Origin: Octopus vulgaris
Lineage: Eukaryota
Direction: 5' to 3'
NCBI GenBank assembly: GCA_951406725.2
Contig: OX597837.1
Coordinates: 17,360,001 to 17,424,000, forward strand
Length of the DNA: 64,000 nucleotides
The notes below the pieces were generated by a model. That model worked only from the letters and a program-made list of their open reading frames with translations. It was not told where the DNA came from and ran no database searches. Below are positions 50,166 to 64,000 of the stretch, piece after piece. Within the stretch, counting starts at the first letter, position 1. Each line of letters starts with the position of its first letter. Made by a program: the position numbers and the translations under genes.

Positions 50166-51290
50166 GTGGTGGGCACGGTTCCGCTAATCAGCTAATTAGT
50201 GACGCTAACTTTTCGTTTAGAGGATTAGCGTTTTCACTAACTTGGTGGGGGGGGTCTATTAGTGGACCAATCAGCTTCCTTTTAATTTAGTTCCGCTAAC
50301 TTTAAGTCCGCCAACAAAATTCATACGTTTGTTCCTGTCTGTTGTAGGCGTGTCTCAAAGAGTCTGTCAGACACGTTATTGGCTGACTACAAGTACACGT
50401 GACAAGACGTGACTCTTCGACACAGCAGCAGCTAGCTGAGCAGCATTGTATAATTCTGTAGTTTTGAGTTGTGTTCACTTACGACGTTGCCACATTACAG
50501 ACAGTCTTATAGTGTCAGCGATAGCAGTGTACGTTATCGGCTTATCGAGTTAACGCTTATCGTTATGGAAGGTTACTGCTTATCGTTATGGTACGGTTTT
50601 GTTCGGCCTAAGGATGAAGGGCCTGTTGAGGAGACTGCAACGGCTGTAGGGGAGGCAAAGGATGCTCAGGTTGAGAGCCAGAAGTCTCAGAACCTGTGAC
50701 CCCACCCGAAGGACTACTTTGTCCTTACGTCAAAGGATAAGAGGAACACCAACATCCTGTACTTCCGGTGCGTCATGTGCCATCCCAAGGAGAACACCAT
50801 CAAGGGGAAAACGCATGCCATCCTGTTTGAGGAGAGTATAAAAGCCGGCTTTTCCCGTGGGAAGCACAAACAATCTTCTGGTAGCAGTGCCAGTAGCCAG
50901 TCGTTGCAACCATGTGCAAAGAAAACACGCCAGCCCAGCAATGGGGATGCGTTTGCCCAAACTGCTGACATTGGCGTGCGTCAGTCTATGGTGCACAGGA
51001 TTGTAGACCTGTTTGTCGACAACATACAACCGCTGCACGTGGTGGAGTACCCCCACCTTGGTCGGCCTGATCAAGACGCTGAACTCCAGCAAGACGTCGA
51101 TGACCCGCCGCACTCTGCGCAGGATGATCTTGGCCAGCCATAAACAGTTGGAAGAGTATCTTACAAGGTATTTACAAATTAAAATTATACAAGATTATTA
51201 AATTATAATTATGGCGTACTTCATATTTTCTTAACTTAATTAAAATATTATCAAATAATTATTTTGTTAATTAATGTAATAAAATGCATA
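50164..51290 (+). mobile_element. hAT transposon 5' portion (BED-finger-like region), truncated
   Basis: CAGTGGTGGGCA terminus; YFRCVMCHPKENTIKG; IVDLFVDNIQPLHVVEYP; LIKTLNSSKTSMTRRTLRR. Confidence 0.7.
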
Positions 51291-51430
51291 ATAGTTAATT
51301 GAAATAAACGTCATATATAATGTACAGTATGTATGTATGTATGTATGTATGTATGTATGTATGTATGTATGTATGTATGTATGTATGTATGTATGTATGT
51401 TTGTTTGTATGTATGTATGTATGTATGTAT

Positions 51431-51493
<63 letters not shown>

Positions 51494-51547
51494 TACATAC
51501 ATACATACATACATACATACATACATACATACATACATACATACATA

Positions 51548-52467
51548 CACTTTGAAGGGCATACGTTTGCAATCCAGGAACAGAAAATATCAACCAAGTA
51601 CCTGATGCACAAAAGGGATAGAGATGCAGGTAAAGCCGTAAAGTGTAACAACCGATGCTGAGTTCATACTGAAGATATCACCCACATCATAAGCAGTTAT
51701 ACGAAAATGTCATCACGGTGTTATCTACCGATGAGACATGACTATGGAGCTAGGACGCTTTATAATGAAATCCGTTGGAAAGATAATACCGAGGACAAAG
51801 AAATAAGAACCCACAATATGATAGAAGCCATAGTCACTCATAATAAAAAGGAATACTGGTGGAATGTACCAGTGAAGACCTCACTAAAATGTAAGCACAA
51901 TATACCTGATATAATGATTTAGGACAGAGAAGAGAAACTGTGCACAGTTGTGGAAATTAGCGAAGATCAGTGAAAAATGAACACCTATACTGAACTATTG
52001 AGAAATCTGCACTTACTCTATCCAGATTACAAGTTCAGGTTTATACCTGTAATTATTGGGGCCCTGGAATATGTAACACACTGCCTAAATACCAATCTTG
52101 AGATATTGGGTTTCTCAGGACCGAAAGGGAGAAAGCTAATTTGAAGACTACAGATCCAGTCCATCACTGGAACTGTAAAAATCTGTAAAACTTTTCAGAA
52201 GTTTATCATTTAAATATATATGAGCATGTCTAGATATGCAACTCTATGCATGAGAATACATACATAAAACACATATATCTGCACATACATACATACATAC
52301 ATACATACATACATACATACATACATACATACATACATACATACATACATACATACAAAAATACCCTGTTGTTGATGTTGAAATTCCAATGAAGGAGCCT
52401 TGAATCTTGGTTAGAAATCGGTTCTTTCTCTATTGGCAAGAAATCTTGAATTAAACTGAATAATGAC
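51548..52467 (+). mobile_element. 3' end of an R4-like RLE retrotransposon embedded in (CATA)n
   Basis: FEGHTFAIQEQ, YLPMRHD, WWNVPVKTSLKCKHNIPDIMI, FIPVIIGAL; (cata)n upstream, inside the 3' UTR and downstream. Confidence 0.75.
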
Positions 52468-53532
52468 ATACATACGTACGTATACAGACATACATACAGA
52501 CATATATACAGACATACATGTTTATATATATATATATATATATATATTCCACTCATGATTAAGTTAGCACAGTCAAAAAAGTCTAATGAATTAACAAATA
52601 AACGACCTTAAGTTCTGAACTTATCAAATTCCGGCCATCATATTCCATCCCTCAACTCGTTTAATAATTCCCCACCAACGCGTTACCTATCAAGGTAGTG
52701 TCACTATTTTCCAAAGTTTAATAATAAAACTTTAAATTATAAGATATATTTCCATGAATTTAGAATGGATTTCATATTCAGTGTAATGCTACACTTTTAT
52801 AAGCTAATGAATGTTATGAAAATCATTTTCGCCATACATCATTAAATAAAAAGGTATTGGCAATTAAAGTTTGAAAATTTGGGGTAATTTTAGCTAATCG
52901 TCAGTCACAGACACATTCATGTTTGCTCCCATTGTAACAAGCGGAATATGAGAACTCTTTTGTCTGCGAGAAAGCACGTGTTGACAACTATATTGAAATC
53001 ACTTGTTGACGCAGCGTTCTGCTGTTTTATCCACCTGGAAATTTTACTTATCTGTTGACAAATATATTGAAATCACTTGTTGTTACACTGGAAATTTTAC
53101 CGATCTGTTTTTGATGACGGAATACCCCATAGTAAGGCATACTCGCCTATCACTTGGGATATCACAGAAACAGCTGTAAGACCTCAACTAATTTAAGAAT
53201 AATAATGTATATGACTTGAGGTGCTTATTATGCCTTGACGTTTGTTGTCTTCTTTCACAAATATATATACTTATAGTTCACAGATGAGATCCAGATATTC
53301 TCTGTATAGAAGACACTTGGTAGTGCTCAAAAAGATTCAAACTCCGATGTCTTTACAGGGGATCATTTCACAAGGTAAGGAAAGGGATCGTGTTGAGTGG
53401 GTATAGAAGAAATTACGGGGATAAGCAAATTGGACACATCAAATATATTAAATATATTAAATACATCAAATACAAAATATGTATATATGTATACATGCAA
53501 ACTGAGAGAAGGCAAAAGGTGGAAGCTTTCAG

Positions 53533-53884
53533 ATGATGGTAAGAATCTTACTTCACATCACATGGTTCTGGGTTCAATCCCAATGTGTAGTACCTTGGGC
53601 AAGTGTCTTCTGCTAAAGCCTCGGGCCGACCAAAGCCTTGTGAGTGGATTTGGTAGACGGAAGCTGAAAGAAGCCCGTCGAATATATTAGTATATATTAG
53701 TATGTATGTGTGTGTGTCTTTATGTCTGCGTTTGTCCCACCACCCTTGTTTCACAACCGATGTTGGTGTGTTTATGCCCTATAACTTAGCGGTTCGGAAA
53801 AGTGATGGACCAAGCTTACAAAGAATGACTTGGGGTCGATTTGTTCGACTAAAAGGCGGTACTCTAGCATGGCTGCAGTCAAAT
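53533..53884 (+). mobile_element. SINE family B
   Basis: tggtaagaatcttacttc...ggttctgggttcaatccc, accttgggcaagtgtcttc, ggggtcgatttgttcgac. Confidence 0.8.
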
Positions 53885-56800
53885 GTGCTAGTCGTTACAA
53901 AGACTGTGACGTAGGAAGTCGAGTGGTTGAAAATCGGCGAAATTGGTCACAGATAGTCGTGTCTTTACTTGTCTTACCAAACTCACGAGGATTAAATAAA
54001 CTCATTTGGAGTTACAAAACACAAAAAAAGTTTTTTGTGCAAATTTTACGGTATACAAAACCGTAAATTTATGGAATAATTGTTGGCCGGTTTGCTCGAG
54101 TTGCAAAAGCAGCATCAACAACAACTGCAAGAACAACGACAGCAACAACAACAATTGCAATAACAAATGCAACAATAACAACAACAATTACTATTACAGC
54201 AACAAATGCTGCAATTAATGTCGTCCAAAAATACTGAAAAGATGTTCTCGCCAGATTATGTTGCGAAATCACTAACGGAATTTAAGTATGAACCAGACAA
54301 ACGAGTTACCTTCGAGGCGTTCTATTGAAGATATGAACAGATCTTCAATAAAGAAAGCAAAGATTGGGATGACGATATGAAAACGCGTCTAATCCTAAGA
54401 AAACTGGCAGTAGGAGGACATGAGCGTTACAGCAATTACGTACCCCTGAAAAACCTTCTGACATAAACTTTAAAGACACCATAGACATATTGTGTAAAAG
54501 TTTTAGTGAGAAAAGCTCGTTGTTCAAAACACGCTGGAAATGTTTGAACCTAGAAAAGAATAACAAGGAGGACAACATTACATATGCTGATAGAGTTAAC
54601 AGAGAATGTGAAAAGTTCAAACTGGACGAATTAACACCAGACATGTTTAAGTACCTGATATATACTCGGGGACTAACTGCAGAAAAAGACGCAGAAGTAA
54701 GAACAAGAATTCTCGCTAAGCTGGAAAAAAAACCAAGCTGTAACCTTACATGTCAGAAGAGTGTGGAAGAATAGTAAATCTAAGACACGACACAGAGAAA
54801 AGTGAAGATAAAGATTGCTCCCAAGTGAAACAGGTGTATCAGAAAATACAAAACAGGCAAAATAGAAATCAAGTGTGTACTAAAATACAGTACAAACAAG
54901 ACAAAAGTCTGGAAACAAACCCATGTTTTGCATGAGGAGGTCTACACCTGAGAAAAAACAGCCTAGTCTATTTAAGAAAGTAGAATGTATCCGTTGTGGA
55001 AAAATTGGACACGTAAAAGCGCACTGTAAAACCAAGATGATAAAACGTTGGAACAAAGAAAAAAGTAAACAAGGTGTCGTCGAAAGAAAATGGTAATGTG
55101 ACAAAGAGGAAATTCATAAATGTGAAAATTGAAAATATAAGAGTAAAAATGCAGTTTGATACCGAAAGTCATATTACCATTGTGAATGAAGAAATTGGAT
55201 GTATATCGGTAGGCCAAAATTAGGTAAATCTACAAAAGTAGTACACGATGTTACGGGTAAAAGTATTTTGTAGGTGAATTTGTGCGTAATGTGACATTCC
55301 ATGACCAAATAAAAACGGCAAAAGTATGTTTTAAAAAATTCAGTAAATTTGTTTGGCACAGAGTGGATGGAACTGTTTTGTGTGGGAATATAGTCGGACT
55401 GTGATTTTGCTGTCACCTATTTAGACGTTATCCTAATAAAAAATTAATCACACGAAGAAAATGTAGAACACGTAAAAAGGGTATTCGAAAAGATTAGCTT
55501 TAAGCTAAGTGAAGAAAAAATACGAGTTTATTCTGAAAAGAAAGAAAATTAAATACTTGAGCCACATAATAGATAAAAACGGGCGGCAACTGGATTCATC
55601 CAGAGCAACTGAGATAAAAAGTATGCCCACGCCGAATAATGTGCCTATGCTACAAGCATTTTTGGGATTAGTAAATTATTACTAAATTTCTATTCCCAAT
55701 GTACATAGTGTAATGTAAAGGCCTTACTAAATGATTTGTTAAAGAAAATGCAAAATGGTGCTGGACTGATAAGTGCCAGAAGGCATTTGACGAATTAAAA
55801 AACAGTTTAACATCGAACTTATCGTTGACGCATTTAGATCCGAAGCTGGATATTATACTGGCTACAGATGCGAGAGATTACGGTGTTGGAGCAGTGCTTC
55901 TGCACAAATATGACGCTGGGAGTGAAAACCCATGCGTCACGATCGTTATTATCAGCAGAAAGGAACTACAGCCAAATAGAAAAGGAAGCGTTAGCATTCA
56001 TATTCGGTATAAGAAATTCCATAGATTTATTAATGGAAGAAGTTTCTGTCTACAAACAGATCATCGCCCACTACTGTCAATATGCGGTTCTAAACAAGGA
56101 ATACCAACACACACAGCTAATAGACTACAGTGATGGGGGATTAAATTATTGAATTATGATTTCAAAATGGAATATTTATCGTCAAAGAAACTAGGGCATA
56201 CGGATGGTTTGTCCAGACTAATACCGAAACACTGCGAGCCATTCCAAGGTACGGTAATCGCAGCATTCGGAAGGAGAAATAAAAAATGTAATGTGGAATG
56301 TGGTACGGGAATTACCGGTGACCTTTGAAGACAAAACAAAATGCGGAAAAGGACAAATTCATAACAGAAATGAAAAGAATACTGTGGACAGGAAAAGTAA
56401 ATAGGAACAGAGTTGATGCGATACGAAATCAAGATGTGATAGTATGCTGAGGGTAGTAATATCTGAAACACTGCAAAAGGAAATGTTGAGGGAATTCCAT
56501 GTTGGACATCCTGGTATTTCGAGGATGAAAGCTTTAATGCGTGGCTAAGTGTACTGACCAAAAAGGAAAAGAGAAATTGAAAATTTAGTGAAAAGTCGCA
56601 GAGGATGTGCTCTAGCAGCAAAATACCCGACGATAAAAAGTGAACTTTGGCCAAAAGTAGATGTTCCGTGGTTGAGACTACACATTGATTTCGCTGGTCC
56701 CTCAAACCGTTCATACAACTTAGTGGTAGTAGATAGTTTCTCTAAATGACCAGAAATTAGCAAGTGTAAAAAGCCAACCTCCTCAACTACGACAAGCTTT

Positions 56801-59800
56801 CTACAGGAGCTGCTTGTGAGATTTGGTGTCCCAGACATTATAGTGTCTGATAATGGAACGCAATTTGTGTCTTTTGAGTTTAAAGAGTTTTGTAAAACGT
56901 TCGCTGCAGAACATACAACTACAGCTCCATACCATCACAAATCTAACAGACAAACAGAACGCTTTGTCGATATGTTCAAGAGAGCGCTTAGAAAGTCGAA
57001 TAAAGAAGTCACGGATGAGGTAGCTCTATAACAATTCTTAAGACTATACCGAGCGACACCAAATTCAAACACAGTAGCAGGTATGTCACCAGCGGAACTA
57101 ATGTTTGCGAGGAAAATAAAATCAGTCTTCGACAAATTGCTACATGGTAAGTGTTGTGACGAGAGTTACGACACCCACTTGCAAGAGATAGACTGGTCCG
57201 TGTAAAGTATAAACAGTAACGATCCGAGTGCGTTCATAAGTTCAGAGTTCGGAGTCGCGTGAAGTTCGTGTTAGTTCGCAGTGAAGTCGGAAGGTGTTGG
57301 TAGGTTAATTCACAAGGAATATTGATTGTTGGTTCGTAAAGAGATTTCTTAGTTCGTTATATTGTTGTTTACTGTTGTCTGGTTGTCTTATTTATTGTAC
57401 GTAACAAATTAGGTTACAATATCTGATGACGAGGTTTTCGAAGCTTACGTTGGTTATTTAACAAGTTGTTCGTGATACAACTTGTTAAATAATGGAATAC
57501 TTATTAGCTTCCATAGTACAGTTGAAAAAGCAACAACAAGAACAGCAACAGGAGTTGAAGAAGCAACTATCGCAGCAGTAACTATTATTGGAGTTATATT
57601 CAAACAAGTTCAGACGGTGAATCGAATTCGATTAATGAATTCAGTTAAACCTAGAGTAGGGTATAACTGTTGCATCGTACAACAGAAGGTAAGAGGAGAG
57701 TTTTAAGCAAGATTGCAACTCATGGTCGGACAAACAAAATGTGAGATTGTTATTGCGAAAATTAGCTCCGTTAGTGCATGAACGTTACTGTAATTTCATA
57801 TAGCCCAAACAACCCAATGAAATTTGTTTTAAAAAAATAATAGAATTACTGTCTTACATATTCGGTGATAAAACTTCTCTATTTAACACTGGAATGGAAT
57901 GTCGGAATATAACGAAAAAAGAGAATGATGATTTTATCACTTACGCAGGAACAGTCATTCAAGTGTTTTATTTTCGTACAAAGCATTACAGCAAGTGAAG
58001 ATGCAGAAATTCGGGCAAGAATTCTTTCTAAATTGGAACAAGCGAACTAAGGTTTGATCTTACAGTCCGTGGCAGTAGAATGCCAAAGGATGATAAACCT
58101 GAAACACGACGAAGAAAAAATTCAAGAAAAGGACTCCTCAAAAATACAGATATGCCGACCGGAGAAGTACAACTAAAAATGAGTGCCACATCCTAATCCA
58201 TTTTATGGATGTGGTGGCATACATTTCAGAAAAGACTGTCTATTTAAAAATCAAAAATGTTACATTTGCAAAAGAATCAGTCATAAGAGTTCACATTGCA
58301 GAACAAAATTACGAAAGTCAAACGTTAAAAACCCTAGAGGCCTCTCAGTAGAAACAAAAATCAGCACCCAAATAAGAAAATTCGTAGACGTAAAAATAAA
58401 TGGAATACATATTTAACTTCAAATAGATACTGAAATTGACATTACACTAGTAAATATGGACACATAGAAGAAAATAGGGAAACTTATATTGAGAAAAACA
58501 GCGAAATCTGCTCGTAGCATGACGAGCGACAAATTACATTTCATAAGCGAAAAGTGGACTAATATCACATTCCGAGGGACAATATGCAAGGCAAGACTTC
58601 ATCATTGAAAATACAACCGATCTGGTTAGAATTATTCGATTTATGGGACCTCACCATAACTCTCTAATGGTTGTCCCACTAAAAATAATTCGTCTGAAGA
58701 GTTAAAGAGAAAAGTTTTTAAAATGTTTCCGCAAGTACTCTCGGACAGACTAGGTCTATGCACAAAGACTAAGAACCCATGGTCCAGGATTCATATCGAC
58801 TATGATGGACCAGTGAACGGCGCATCCTATCTAATCGTTGTTGATAGATATGAAAAGTGGCCAGAGGTATGCAGATGTAATAAACCCACAGCAAAGACAA
58901 CAATAAAGTTACTAGTCGAGTTATTTGCTCGATACGGTATTCCAGACACGTTAGTTTCAGATAACTAAAGGACATCATTCGGAGAAGAGACACCTGAGTC
59001 AGTTAAAGATGAGACATATAGAAGAACGAAAAGTAATACCAATGGAAGTCTTTTATGATATGTTTGAAGTGCTAGCACCGGGAGATATTGAACCCGTAGA
59101 ACTAGCTTCAGAAAACGAAAACAGACTGAATATCTGGAAGTAATACTTAAATGAAAAAGATATTAAACTTTGTTTTTAAAAAGACAAGAGTGCTTAGCAC
59201 AATGCAAAGAAAGAGTGCTGTGTGCAACGAACAATACTACTTTAAAAGTCGGGTGACAATTAAGATACAACAGCTAAAAAAAAAAAAGAAAATTAAGAGT
59301 GAGAGGTGTTGGAGAGAAAAAAGAAAAGAAATTCCACTTTCAAAAGGGGGAGATGTTGTGATGAGAGTTACGACACCCCTTGCGAGAGATAGACCAGTCT
59401 GAGTAAGGTATAAATAGTAACGATCCGAGTGAGTGCATAAATTCAGAGTTCGTGTTAATTCGCAGTGAAATTGGAAGGTTAGTTCACAAAGAATACTGAT
59501 TGTTGTTTCATGGAGGGATTTTTTAATTCGTTACATTGTTTTTACTGTTGTCTGGTTACTTTATTTATTGTACGCAACAAAGTAAGTTACAACAGTAAGA
59601 AAAGAAAAATTGCAAATGATAATACAGCTAGATGTATTGAAATTGGTGAAAATATATTTGTTAGAGTATATAACAACGGAAACTAAAGTTGGGAAAACGG
59701 CGCGATTGCCAATCGCATAGGAAAAATGCTATGCTTAGTAAAAGGAAGAAAATGGGTATAAAAGAGATTCGTCGAGAGCGAGCCCAAGAGACTGGAGTGC

Positions 59801-60260
59801 TTAGTACAACGCAAAGAAAAATGGAATGATTGTATGATACTTGTCAAGTACCTACGCCACTACAAATAATTGAACTCAGACGCACAAGTGATGGAAAAAG
59901 AAAATGTACGGAGTTCCTGAAAGTGGATGCAAAACGGGAAAAAAATATTTGAATTGTAACTGTATGAAGAAAAAAACTCAAAAAAGGGAGGCGAGGTGAT
60001 GTAAAAAATTATTTTAAATAAAAAGAAATGAAATTACACCGCTTAGAGAAAAAACTTAAAAGAAGAGGTATTATGAGGATAATAAAATGGAATACCCCTC
60101 CCACGTGACGAGCGGTATGTGACAGTCGCTACAAATATTGTGACGTAGGAAGTCGAGTTGTCCTGAAGTCAGCGAAGTTGGTCATAGAGAGTCGCGTCTT
60201 GTCTAATTATACTGCTATACCGGAGTGGACGTTATAACAGTCTGACGTTGGATTACAACA
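53884..60260 (+). mobile_element. Old Ty3/Gypsy element (outer), heavily decayed, RT partly deleted
   Basis: LTR homology tgtgacgtaggaagtcgag at ~53905 and ~60139; gag SLFKTRWKCLNL, CIRCGKIGHVKAHC knuckle, LATDARDYGVGAVL, LHIDFAGP, IVSDNGTQF. Confidence 0.88.
57152..59594 (+). mobile_element. Internally deleted Gypsy element nested in the outer element's integrase
   Basis: LTRs 57152-57421 and 59354-59594, TSD GTAAG on both sides, PBS-like tgatgacgagg, PPT aaaagggggaga; gag knuckles and IHIDYDGP...LVSDN, no RT/RH seen. Confidence 0.92.
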
Positions 60261-61200
60261 GTGATATAGATTTTTATTTAAGTCCAGAGTAACGTCTAAG
60301 AAATTGGTCACCTTAGTATCATTTTCGGGGTTATAGCTTTTAAGAAGTTTGTGTAGGGCTTTTTTGGTGCGTTCCACAGACGGTTGAGACAATCCAGTTG
60401 ATGTAAGGAGTGCATCATCCCTATAGAGTGTTCTGAAGAGGTTAGGGAAGTATTGTTTAATTTGGGAAAGAAGGAACAGGCCACCTAAGTCAGTAACTTG
60501 GGCTGAGTCACATGAGCCTCTGATTATATCGAAGAAATCGGTAGATGAGTTGCGGGTCCAGTTATTATCCTTACAGTGAATTAGAGTGTTCTTAGCACCC
60601 AGGATGATATCAATATCAGATTGAGATATAGGTGCATACTTTCGAGTGAAGATTAAAGCTTTATTTAAGAGAATTGGTGATATTGAAGAATGATAATTTC
60701 AGATGTCAAACTGAAGGAAATGGGTATGCTGTTTATCAGGAAGGGAGTGAAACCAGGTGATGATGTCACCAGTACAATTCCAGAGCGGAAGCTAAACGTT
60801 AGTCCTAACTAGGGTTAGAATACGGTCAATAATGCATTTACTAATTCGACCCAAGTTTGATTTAGTGGAGCAGATCAGTCTAATAGAAAGGCTAAGTGGA
60901 GAAGTTGGGTTTGTGATCTTTCAGGGTGAAGTGTGTATGGTTCAGTTCTATTTCGTAAATTTAGATCAGTGGATGTTATTAATGTCCTTAAGAGCATTCC
61001 TATGTGTATGTTTATAATTTGCGTTTAGTTCCTTTGATATAAGTTTGGTGTACGTTTTCAAGGGGAGGGAGTAAAGATTTCCAGTTTTGCCCGAAAAGAC
61101 GTGCAGGTGTGGTGAACCCCTTATTTTAGATATAATTTTGTATAGATCCTTCTGGAAAGAATTAGTATTATTAGAGAATTTCATGTTTTTTATCATACAT
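60261..61200 (-). mobile_element. Penelope-like RT fragment
   Basis: FSGKTGNLY, FLQFDI, GSCDSAQVTDLGG, LYRDDAL, VTNFLDVTLDL; cut at the Gypsy 3' LTR. Confidence 0.78.
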
Positions 61201-61939
61201 AGATAAAATTATTAAAAGAGTGCTCTCACCACTACTCCAATATAAGATTAGATGAGGAAAATAAGTTACCCGTGGAACTCGAACCTACATCTTCCCTACA
61301 CATCTTTTGAAAGAATTATTTCTCTTCTACACAAAAGATCTAATGATGTTACAATCCTCTGCAGCAGATGTATTACTCTGAAACAAATCGAAATATGCAT
61401 CTAGTGTGTTACATTATTTGACAACCACGAAGCATTGGATTGACAAAATCATTTGAGCGTCGGACGAAAAATATCTTGCCATAATTCTTCCAGCTTTTTA
61501 TGTACTCAATTCAAATCCCGCCGAGGCCAGCTTTCCTTTGCATTTTTTTCGGTCGCATACTGAGGTTGATGTAATCGATAAAGCTCCCTTTGTGAGTAAA
61601 TTAGAAACAATCATTAGATTCTTTTGTACAGGGAAAACGCGGTTGCCAACCAATTGCAACTTTCATGTGTACGTAAAGTCTGTCTATATTTATTACTCTG
61701 ATCACTGGCAATGCTCTATTGTGGCTTTAACAGAATAACTTGTTTGACTCATTTATGCTCGAGTGCATTAAGTTATTGGTGATTGGTTTAGTGGAATGAA
61801 GAGTTGGGTGAAGTATGAAGAACATAAGGCTACTTTGACTAGCATGTCTGTATCGCATCTATCACATATAAATATTGTATAACCACCATCTCGTATACAA
61901 TGCTCTCACCACTACTACAATACACTATCACATTTCATT

Positions 61940-61985
61940 AACACCACCACCACACCACCACCACCACCACCACCACCACCACCAC

Positions 61986-62016
<31 letters not shown>

Positions 62017-62710
62017 CACTACTACTACTACATCCCCTTTACACTACGCCATCATTAATACTGTACTGCACCGTCAGCATCACTGATCCCAACATTACCA
62101 CCAGACCCAGATTAACTATTAAACTATATAACCATCTGCGCTTAAGGCAACAAGGGTATCGCAGCTTTACCGTGGTACAAATGATTAATTATAACAGTTT
62201 AAAAACAACAACAACAAAAAAGTGCATTTTCTCCAGTTGCCATGGTTATATTTAAATAATCTACTTATATCACTTACAGCTATTCAGTGGCAAGTAAATA
62301 AAATTTTAAAAAAATAGATTATATTAAAAATATAGTTTTAGGCCTGGGTGTTCGGGGGATAAAAAAATAACTAAATGGATATTTAATCTGTTATTTCACT
62401 TTCTGAATGAGTAGTCAGACAACGGAAAGGGCACCGGTAGAATTAATTAGGCTCTGATCGCCGCCACCACTACCACCACCACCATCACCATCACCACCAT
62501 CACCACCATCACCACCATCACCACCACCACCACCACCACCACCACCATCACCACCATCACCACCACCACCACCACCACCACCACCACCACCACCACCACC
62601 ACCACCACCACCATCACCACCATCACCACCACCATCCCCACCACCACCACCACTACCAACACTATCACTACACTACGCCCTCACCACCGCCACTACCACT
62701 ATACTATCAC
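61940..62710. repeat. (CAC)n, (CTA)n and (CACCAT)n microsatellites
   Basis: Direct reading; two clusters separated by AT-rich sequence. Confidence 0.92.
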
Positions 62711-63079
62711 TATCTGTACTAAAAGATGGCTACCTCCTTTACGCTACATCACACTATACTACACCATTACCACTATACTGAACGTGACACATTCATAGTT
62801 GAGAGAAGAGGACATATTTGTGTATGGGCGAGGCGAGGGGAGTGGGGCACATACTGCAGCTATATTGAGAAGGGAATAAGTGGTGGTGATGGTGGTGGTG
62901 GTGGTGGTGGTGCTGGTGGTGGTATGCGTATTAATATTTTCAGTGCTGTCAGTTGTGGCATTGTCAGTGACGGTTCTAATAGTAGTGGTTTGGCAGGGTT
63001 GTAAGTGGTTGTGATGCTGGATTGCAGGTCTATCCTTGTGCACAAGAGAAAGAGGTAAAACACTATCCTAGAACCAACT

Positions 63080-63330
63080 TTGACGGACCCACTATCTAGA
63101 CAGTGGTGACCTTTAATGAAGCTAGTGTTGTGAGGATGTCAGTAAGTCTCCATTTCAACAACGTTCCGAACGTAAAAGTCCATGGAATATAAATCTGGCG
63201 AGTATGGAAGCCACAGATTTGGTATCAAATGATCATAAAGATTGTCTGACATCCTTTCATAAGTTACGTGGGCTTTGTGAGAAGGTGCCGAAATTGAAAC
63301 ACGTATGGCCTACCGATAGTGCTGGGTAAC
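63080..63330 (-). mobile_element. Tc1/mariner transposase C-terminal fragment
   Basis: GRPYVFQ...NLYDHLIPNLWLPYSPDLYSMDFYV. Confidence 0.65.
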
Positions 63331-63444
63331 TCTGAAGGTGGACGAGCTTTATACTGTACTCTACTACACTCCTGACGGAATATAAAATAACTATATACAA
63401 ACATACATACATGCATACATACATACATACATACATACATACAT

Positions 63445-63573
<129 letters not shown>

Positions 63574-64000
63574 GGGGGTGGGAGAGAGAATGATTCAAAT
63601 AAACAGACAAAACTTGGGGTTTTAATGTACAAAATATATATACATGTATACATGCAAAAAGAGAAGCCAAACTTGACATTTTCAGATAATCAACAATCAA
63701 GTATGAAACTATATATGTGTTTTTATAGAGCAAACTTACTCAGATCACATAGACTCTCAAAGAATAAGTGCGGAGAAGGCATTACAACTCCGACAGCTGT
63801 TTCTGGGGGATCGGAGTTACTTCATAATATTGAATACCACCAAAGTCGATTTACTTTACCTTTCATCCCCCAGGGTCAATAAATAAAGTAGGCTATCAAT
63901 TACTGGGCTCAATAGTATCGATGCTTTTAATAACGGGATTTTTAGCTGATCAGTAATATATATATATATATATATAAAAATTATATTATTTTATTTATTT

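Noticed and set aside
52385-52430. ccaatga...gaaa.tcggttc ribozyme-like motif in the R4-like tail
   Set aside because: No CUGA/UUGA core in register and no stem I.
54100-54215. Poly-Q host protein
   Set aside because: CAA/CAG-rich stretch at the start of the decayed Gypsy gag.
57422-57445. CTGATGA motif after the LTR
   Set aside because: Better explained as a decayed PBS; no GAAA or stems.

Overview
AT-rich, repeat-saturated animal genomic DNA. The SINE families, giant (TA)n/(CA)n/(ATT)n/(CATA)n tracts and the TE mix suggest a coleoid cephalopod, probably Octopus (inference). No intact multi-exon host gene is recognisable; only weak exon candidates were found. The window is a mosaic of decayed transposons: RTE-clade LINE pieces, a 5'-truncated Tx1/L1, a near full-length R4/Dong-like element in (TAA)n, a second R4-like 3' end in (CATA)n, a compact Gypsy element with both LTRs and TSD, a Gypsy nested in another Gypsy, Chapaev3-, Tc1/mariner-, pogo- and hAT-type DNA transposons, Helitrons, MITEs and tRNA-derived SINEs. 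From 36.5 to 50.1 kb lies a cluster of Penelope-like element (PLE) insertions in microsatellites carrying eight hammerhead-ribozyme motifs. Five are ordinary or variant type I hammerheads. Three (36913-36978, 37539-37604, 40440-40503; two divergent families) have the catalytic strands in the order UH, GAAA, CUGANGA, with conserved spacing and covarying stems. This is a candidate non-circularly permuted (pseudoknotted) hammerhead and is the most interesting observation. All structures were folded by eye and none has been tested.
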